The notes under the pieces: generated by a model | Told to the model about the DNA's origin: nothing | What the model saw: only the letters and a program-made list of their open reading frames with translations | The model's database searches: none | Made by a program: the position numbers and the translations under genes | Shown here: piece after piece, positions 63,545 to 64,000 of the stretch | Layout: each line of letters begins with the position of its first letter | Numbering within the stretch: position 1 is the first letter of the stretch | NCBI RefSeq assembly: GCF_001194135.2 | Contig: NC_069003.1 | Coordinates: 27,939,019-28,003,018 of the forward strand | Reading direction: 5' to 3' | Length of the DNA: 64,000 bases | Source: Octopus bimaculoides | Lineage: Eukaryota

Positions 63545-63936
63545 TCTTATTCTTTCTTGTCTTGCAAATTACTTGGTGATGGGGCAGGCACCACCTTCAA
63601 GAATTTAAGTTGAACAAATCAATCCATGTACTTAATTTGTTTTGTTTTGTTTTTAAGCCTTACACTTATTTCATAGGTCTATTCTGCTGAACCACTAAGT
63701 TACGGGGACATAAACACTCCAGCACCAGTTACCAAGTGATGGTGGTGGTGGCAGGGAAAAGACAAACACACACTCACACACACACACAAATGTAATGGGC
63801 TTCTTTCAATTTCTGTTAACCAAATCAACTCACAAGTCTTTGGTCTGTTCGGGGCTATAGTGGAAGACACTTGCCTAGTGCCATGCAGTGAGATTGAACC
63901 CAGAACCATGTGGTTGTGAAGTAAACTTACCACACA
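63545..63936 (-). mobile_element. Family A SINE, near full length
   Basis: ggcaccaccttcaagaattt...gctgaaccactaagttacggggacataaacac...gggcttctttcaatttc...gaagacacttgcc...gaacccagaaccatgtggttg. Confidence 0.88.
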
Positions 63937-64000
63937 GGATAGTCACAACTGGAATGTCTTTAATAACACTGTTTTTTAAGATGATTTTTGTCCTTGGGTA

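Overview
AT-rich eukaryotic non-coding DNA from a short-read scaffold, with 11 N-gaps, nearly all abutting (TA)n tracts. The repeat families look cephalopod, most like Octopus; this is recalled by eye, not from a database search. I could not support any host protein-coding gene: every long ORF in the track is an N-gap, a microsatellite or a transposon remnant, so the window is probably a large intron or intergenic region. It contains many tRNA-headed SINEs with an internal microsatellite (family A), one well-preserved tRNA SINE with a target-site duplication (family B), Deu/Nin-domain-like SINEs, RTE-tail SINEs (family C), five RTE LINE remnants, a Tc1, two mariner relics and TTAA-type MITEs. 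The most unusual items are: (1) a full-length 120-nt 5S rRNA copy fused in the same orientation to a SINE 3' tail; (2) a nearly intact minimal type I hammerhead ribozyme motif of the Penelope-like kind; (3) an unclassified (TA)n-anchored element with an internal hairpin, one copy of which is extended into a 93-bp-arm palindrome; (4) three long hairpins, two of them pre-miRNA-like; (5) a tandem array of a conserved core with microsatellite spacers. I found no evidence for a multi-gene novel system. All coordinates were read by eye and the ends of decayed repeats are approximate.
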